DNA of 37,862 bases from Lachnospiraceae bacterium (GTDB lineage: Bacteria > Bacillota > Clostridia > Lachnospirales > Lachnospiraceae): NCBI GenBank assembly GCA_045640465.1, contig JAZUFC010000096.1:1-37862 (forward strand). The letters are read 5' to 3'. The position numbers and the translations under genes are program-made. The notes beneath the pieces were generated by a model. That model did not search any database. It saw only the letters and a program-made list of their open reading frames with translations, and was not told the DNA's origin. Below, piece by piece: positions 34,239 through 37,862 of this stretch (within the stretch, counting starts at the first letter, position 1; each line of letters begins with the position of its first letter).

Positions 34239-36302
34239 TTAGCTCTCCCGCCTCAGTCTGAAACCGGGATCTTTCCCCTCTCTTGCAAAAACAGGAATTG
34301 AAGAAAGCGGCGCGTCAGCGGTGATCCACTGTCCGCCGCTGTATTTTTTGCCGTCGCGCATATCAGTCCATTCCGCTCCTGCGGGCAGATACAGTCTGCG
34401 TGTCCGCTCTCCCGCGGTATAAACAGGCGCCACTAAGACCGCATCGCCGAACAGATACTCATCCTCAATATTCCAGCATTCGGAATCCTTCGGGAATTCA
34501 TAAAACAGGGTACGCATGACAGGGCGTCCGTAAAGGTGCGCCTCCTCCATGAGTCTTGTGATATAAGGCTTCATCCGTTCGCGGAGCTGAATGCAGTCCG
34601 TGAGGATCGGATAGGCTTCTTCTCCGTAGGACCAGACTTCATTGTCCGCACCGGTAGAGCACATGCCGCCGCCGCTTTCCGGCCAGCCGTATTTCTGACC
34701 GGGGTTATCCGTCGCAGGCTCGCGGTCACCGTGAAGCCGCATGACAGGACAGAAGGTCCCGTATTCAAACCAGCGGAGCAGGATCTCGCGGAAAGCAGGA
34801 TCATCGGGATCGCCGCCGTGGAAGCCGCCGATATCCGTCGTCCACCACGGGATTCCGGCTAGGCCCATGTTCAGGCCTGCCGCCATCTGATTCCGGAGCG
34901 CTTTGAAGCTCGAATGGATATCGCCCGACCATACGAGCGCGCCGTAGCGCTGGCTTCCCGCCCAGGCACAGCGGAGCAGATTGATCGGATTTTCGATCCC
35001 CTCTTCTTTCATGCCTTCATAAAAACCCTGTGCATAGAAACGCGGATACAGATTGCCGATCTGCACATTCGGTCCCATCGCATAACGGTACAGGTCAAAG
35101 TCATATTTACCGTATTCAGGCTCAGCCTCATCCAGCCAGAAAAGGCTTACGCCCTTCTTCAGATAGTTCTCCTTTGCCTTTTCCCAGACAAAGCGGCGCG
35201 CTTCCGGATTCGTCGCATCAAAATGCACGGTCATTTCCATGAAATCCATCGCATAGCGAAGGCCTCTGTCTGTCCGGATCAGATATCCTTTTTCCAGCAT
35301 TTCCGGGTAGTTTACGCTCTGTTTCGTTACCGTCGGCCACACGGAGACCATCAGACGGATCCCCATCTCATTCAGCTTCCTGACCATTCCCTCCGGATCC
35401 GGCCAGTAGTTCCGGTCAAAATCCCAGTCGCCCTGATGCGGCCAGTGGAAGAAGTCGATCACGATCACGGATACCGGGATCCCGCGGCGATGATATTCCT
35501 CCGCAACGGACAGAAGCTGCTCCTGATTCCAGTATCTGAGTTTGCATTGCCAGAAGCCCATCGCCCAGTCCGGCATCATCGGCACGGTTCCGGAAACAGC
35601 CGCGTACTGTGTTTCGATCTCGTCCGGCGTATCTCCTGCCGTGATCCAGTAATCCATCTGCTTCGTGGACATCAGCTGCCAGCGGGTCACATTCTTTCCG
35701 AATACGACCGAGCCGATGCCCGGATTGTTCCAAAGGAACCCATAACCCTTTGAAGAGACTACGAACGGCACGCTCGCCTGGGAATTCCGGTGCGCAAGCT
35801 CCAGCTCACACCCCTTCAGATCCAGCTGCGGCATCTGATACTGCCCCATACCGTAAAGCTTTTCCTCCGGGTCCGACTCAAAACGGACCGTCAGGCGGTA
35901 ATCGCCGCCGGGGATCGGATAGAACTCGCGCGCATCGATGTCCAGTGCACTGCAGTAGTCCGCCTTGAGATCCAGCCGGTTCCGCAGAAATTCCTCCAGA
36001 AGGACTTCACCTTTTTCATTTTCAAAGAAAAGCTTTCCGGCTGCCGTGATCCTGGCAAGGATCCTGCCGTTTCTGATCGTAGCTTCTTTTTCGCCGATCA
36101 CGATCTCCGCATTTTTCTCTTCTTTAGGAAGAAGGGCCCAGTTTTCGGAAAGCTCCAGCCTGTCATTCATCGTGCAGCGCACGCGCAGACTGTCCTTTCC
36201 CCAGGGCTCGATCAGAAGCTTTTCCGCATCAAAACGTCTGCAGAGCTTTCCGTCCTCCGCACTGAAGACTTTCGAATATCCGACTGCTGTAATAATTCCC
36301 AT
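34239..36302 (-). CDS. glycoside hydrolase family 31 (alpha-xylosidase/alpha-glucosidase-like)
   Basis: GH31-type blocks are present (VIVIDFFHW, MVSVWP, FWLDEAEPE, WSGDI). I moved the start from 36398 to the ATG at 36302 (MGIITAVGY...), which has AGAGGAGAA upstream. Confidence 0.8.
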   Translation of the reverse strand: MGIITAVGYSKVFSAEDGKLCRRFDAEKLLIEPWGKDSLRVRCTMNDRLELSENWALLPKEEKNAEIVIGEKEATIRNGRILARITAAGKLFFENEKGEVLLEEFLRNRLDLKADYCSALDIDAREFYPIPGGDYRLTVRFESDPEEKLYGMGQYQMPQLDLKGCELELAHRNSQASVPFVVSSKGYGFLWNNPGIGSVVFGKNVTRWQLMSTKQMDYWITAGDTPDEIETQYAAVSGTVPMMPDWAMGFWQCKLRYWNQEQLLSVAEEYHRRGIPVSVIVIDFFHWPHQGDWDFDRNYWPDPEGMVRKLNEMGIRLMVSVWPTVTKQSVNYPEMLEKGYLIRTDRGLRYAMDFMEMTVHFDATNPEARRFVWEKAKENYLKKGVSLFWLDEAEPEYGKYDFDLYRYAMGPNVQIGNLYPRFYAQGFYEGMKEEGIENPINLLRCAWAGSQRYGALVWSGDIHSSFKALRNQMAAGLNMGLAGIPWWTTDIGGFHGGDPDDPAFREILLRWFEYGTFCPVMRLHGDREPATDNPGQKYGWPESGGGMCSTGADNEVWSYGEEAYPILTDCIQLRERMKPYITRLMEEAHLYGRPVMRTLFYEFPKDSECWNIEDEYLFGDAVLVAPVYTAGERTRRLYLPAGAEWTDMRDGKKYSGGQWITADAPLSSIPVFAREGKDPGFRLRRES

Positions 36303-36432
36303 CGCAATTCTCCTCTGTCGATCTGTTTTGAAAAAAGCTCCCTCTATATGATCTCCGGCGTGCTGCCGTTTCATATAAAGGGAGCATATTTCTGTCATTT
36401 CTCTGTTACATTCCGCTGCCGCTCCGCTGTGC

Positions 36433-37596
36433 TCAGTCGATCACTCTCACGCGGATCACACCGTCGATCGCACTGATATCCGCGACCAGTTTTTCCGGAA
36501 CGGAACCGTTAAAGTCCATAATGGTATAAGCGATATTGCCGCGGGCCTTGTTGACCAGGTTTTCGATGTTGAGTCCTTCACCGACGACCAGATCCGTCAT
36601 CTTGCCGAGCATACCGACCTTATTGTCATGCATGACGCAGACACGGGCGCCTTCCGCTCTTGCAAAGACCACATCCGGATAGTTGACGGAATTGCTGATG
36701 TTGCCGTTTTCCAGATAGTCAATGGTCTCGTTCGCTGCCATCACGCTGCAGTTTTCATCTGCCTCGGGCGTACCTGCTGCAAGGTGCGGGGTAAACAGAA
36801 CATCCGGACGCTGCATTTCGCGCGGTGTCGGGAAATCGGTTGCATAAGCCGTGATCTTTCCGCTCTCCAGTGCATCACAGACTGCATCGTTGTCCACGAT
36901 GGGGCCGCGTGCATAGTTGACAAGATACACGCCGTCCTTCATCTGATCGATATATTCCCTGCCGATATAACCGCGGGTGGATTCGTTCAGCGGGCAGTGG
37001 ATCGTGATCACGTCACAGACAGGAAGCAGTTCCTCCAGGTTCTTGGCAAATGTCAGATACTGGGAAAGCTCCTGTACGCGCGCATGGCCGAGATAAGGAT
37101 CGTAGCCGATGACCTTCATGCCGAGATCATGGCAGCTCTTCGCCATGATGGAACCGATCGCGCCGACACCGATAATGCCGAGAGTCTTGCCCTTGATCTC
37201 CGGGCCGCGGAACTGTTCCTTGCCTTTTTCGACTGTCTTGCCGGCTTCGGATTCCTCCGTGGGAAGACTCTTTACCCACTGCATGGCCTTCACGCCGTTT
37301 CGCATAGCCATGATCATTGCGGAGATCGTCAGTTCCTTGACTGCATTGGCATTTCCGCCGGGGCAGTTGAACACGACCACGCCCATCCGGGTCAGCTTGT
37401 CGACCGGGATCGTATTCACGCCTGCACCGATCCGGACGATCGATTTCAGATTTTCGCCGAACTCCACCTCGTGAAGAGGGGTACTGTGTACCAGAATACC
37501 GTCAGGATCGGAGACGTCATCAGCGATTCTGTAATTATCGTTGAAAATATTTCTGCCAGCCGCCGCAATTTTGTCAAAAGTCTGAATCTTATACAC
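36433..37596 (-). CDS. serA: D-3-phosphoglycerate dehydrogenase with C-terminal ACT domain
   Basis: The NAD-binding motif is GIIGVGAIGS, in a D-2-hydroxyacid dehydrogenase core. An ACT-like C-terminus is present. The start is GTG, with an AAAGGAGAG RBS. Confidence 0.85.
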   Translation of the reverse strand: MYKIQTFDKIAAAGRNIFNDNYRIADDVSDPDGILVHSTPLHEVEFGENLKSIVRIGAGVNTIPVDKLTRMGVVVFNCPGGNANAVKELTISAMIMAMRNGVKAMQWVKSLPTEESEAGKTVEKGKEQFRGPEIKGKTLGIIGVGAIGSIMAKSCHDLGMKVIGYDPYLGHARVQELSQYLTFAKNLEELLPVCDVITIHCPLNESTRGYIGREYIDQMKDGVYLVNYARGPIVDNDAVCDALESGKITAYATDFPTPREMQRPDVLFTPHLAAGTPEADENCSVMAANETIDYLENGNISNSVNYPDVVFARAEGARVCVMHDNKVGMLGKMTDLVVGEGLNIENLVNKARGNIAYTIMDFNGSVPEKLVADISAIDGVIRVRVID

Positions 37597-37667
37597 TTCT
37601 CTGCTCTCCTTTATTGTACTCTGTCATATCCGGTCCGGAGCTGTCCTTCCGAATCTGATATTCGTAT

Positions 37668-37696
37668 AGTATATCGCTTTATTACTTTACTGTCAA
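37668..37696 (-). promoter_or_regulatory. serA promoter TTGACA-17-TATACT
   Basis: On the minus strand the -35 element is at 37696-37691 and the -10 at 37673-37668, with a 17-nt spacer. Confidence 0.5.
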
Positions 37697-37745
37697 GAAG
37701 TACACACAGCTGCCTTCTGCTCCTTAGAGTAAAATAATAGTTGGC

Positions 37746-37776
37746 AAAAAAACAGGAAGAGGCCGAAACCTCTTCC
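37746..37776 (-). terminator. intrinsic terminator for a minus-strand transcript entering from the right
   Basis: The stem pairs ggaagagg (37755-37762) with cctcttcc (37769-37776). The A7 run at 37746-37752 becomes a U-run on the minus strand. Confidence 0.6.
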
Positions 37777-37862
37777 CAATCATACAGAAATAGCTTAGTA
37801 TTTAATTGTCCAGAAAAAATACGAAAGGGTCTGTATGATGGATACTATAGTAAACGGAAACG

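Noticed and set aside
36303-36398. N-terminal extensions proposed by the ORF track: 2685-2723 (DnaD-like), 20380-20403 (asnS), 32729-32809 (4-TM gene), 36303-36398 (GH31) and 29440-29442 (mini-protein)
   Set aside because: In each case an internal ATG, or TTG/GTG where noted, has a properly spaced Shine-Dalgarno sequence, while the upstream start has none or creates an implausible overlap.
1-37862. CRISPR arrays, rRNA or tRNA genes
   Set aside because: No regularly spaced direct repeats are present, and none of the intergenic regions contains a GGTTCGAATCC-type T-arm or rRNA-like sequence.
37835-37862. A possible + strand gene start (ATGATGGATACTATAGTAAACGG...) at the right edge
   Set aside because: Only 9 codons are visible and the RBS is weak, so the evidence is insufficient.

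Overview
This 37.9-kb window is a chromosomal segment from a Firmicutes/Clostridia-type genome. Hand counts on sample 60-nt lines give about 55-58% GC. Genes are densely packed and mostly on the minus strand. From the left, the ordinary content is: a partial prs; a DnaD-like plus DnaC/DnaI-like replication-loader pair preceded by arrays of DnaA boxes; an aromatic amino-acid oxidation cluster (aminotransferase, ACT protein, PaaK-type ligase, IorB, IorA, AMP-dependent ligase); trmL, nth and trpS; a TraX-family protein; an ABC-F ATPase; a YhaN/YhaO-like ATPase plus degenerate phosphoesterase pair; asnS; plsC; a ydjH/ydjG-like TPM plus zinc-ribbon pair with a polytopic membrane protein; csp; hslO; a methyltransferase; a 2-TM protein; mecA; an orphan corrinoid protein; and, at the right end, a GH31 glycosidase and serA. 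The outstanding feature is a sharply bounded islet of about 5 kb at 29.18-34.24 kb, where sample lines are only 30-35% GC. It carries its own promoter, a ribosome-binding site for every gene, and a terminator. Its five co-directional genes encode a YdjI-type SPFH protein with three C-terminal zinc ribbons, a 4-TM protein, a zinc-ribbon/helical protein, a 569-aa coiled-coil protein with a TM hairpin, and a 62-aa acidic protein. No integrase, transposase or terminal repeats are visible. I flag it as a horizontally acquired, uncharacterised membrane-associated module that could act in Psp-like envelope maintenance or phage defence. I found no rRNA, tRNA, CRISPR or IS elements. All family calls come from motif recognition by eye, because no searches could be run.
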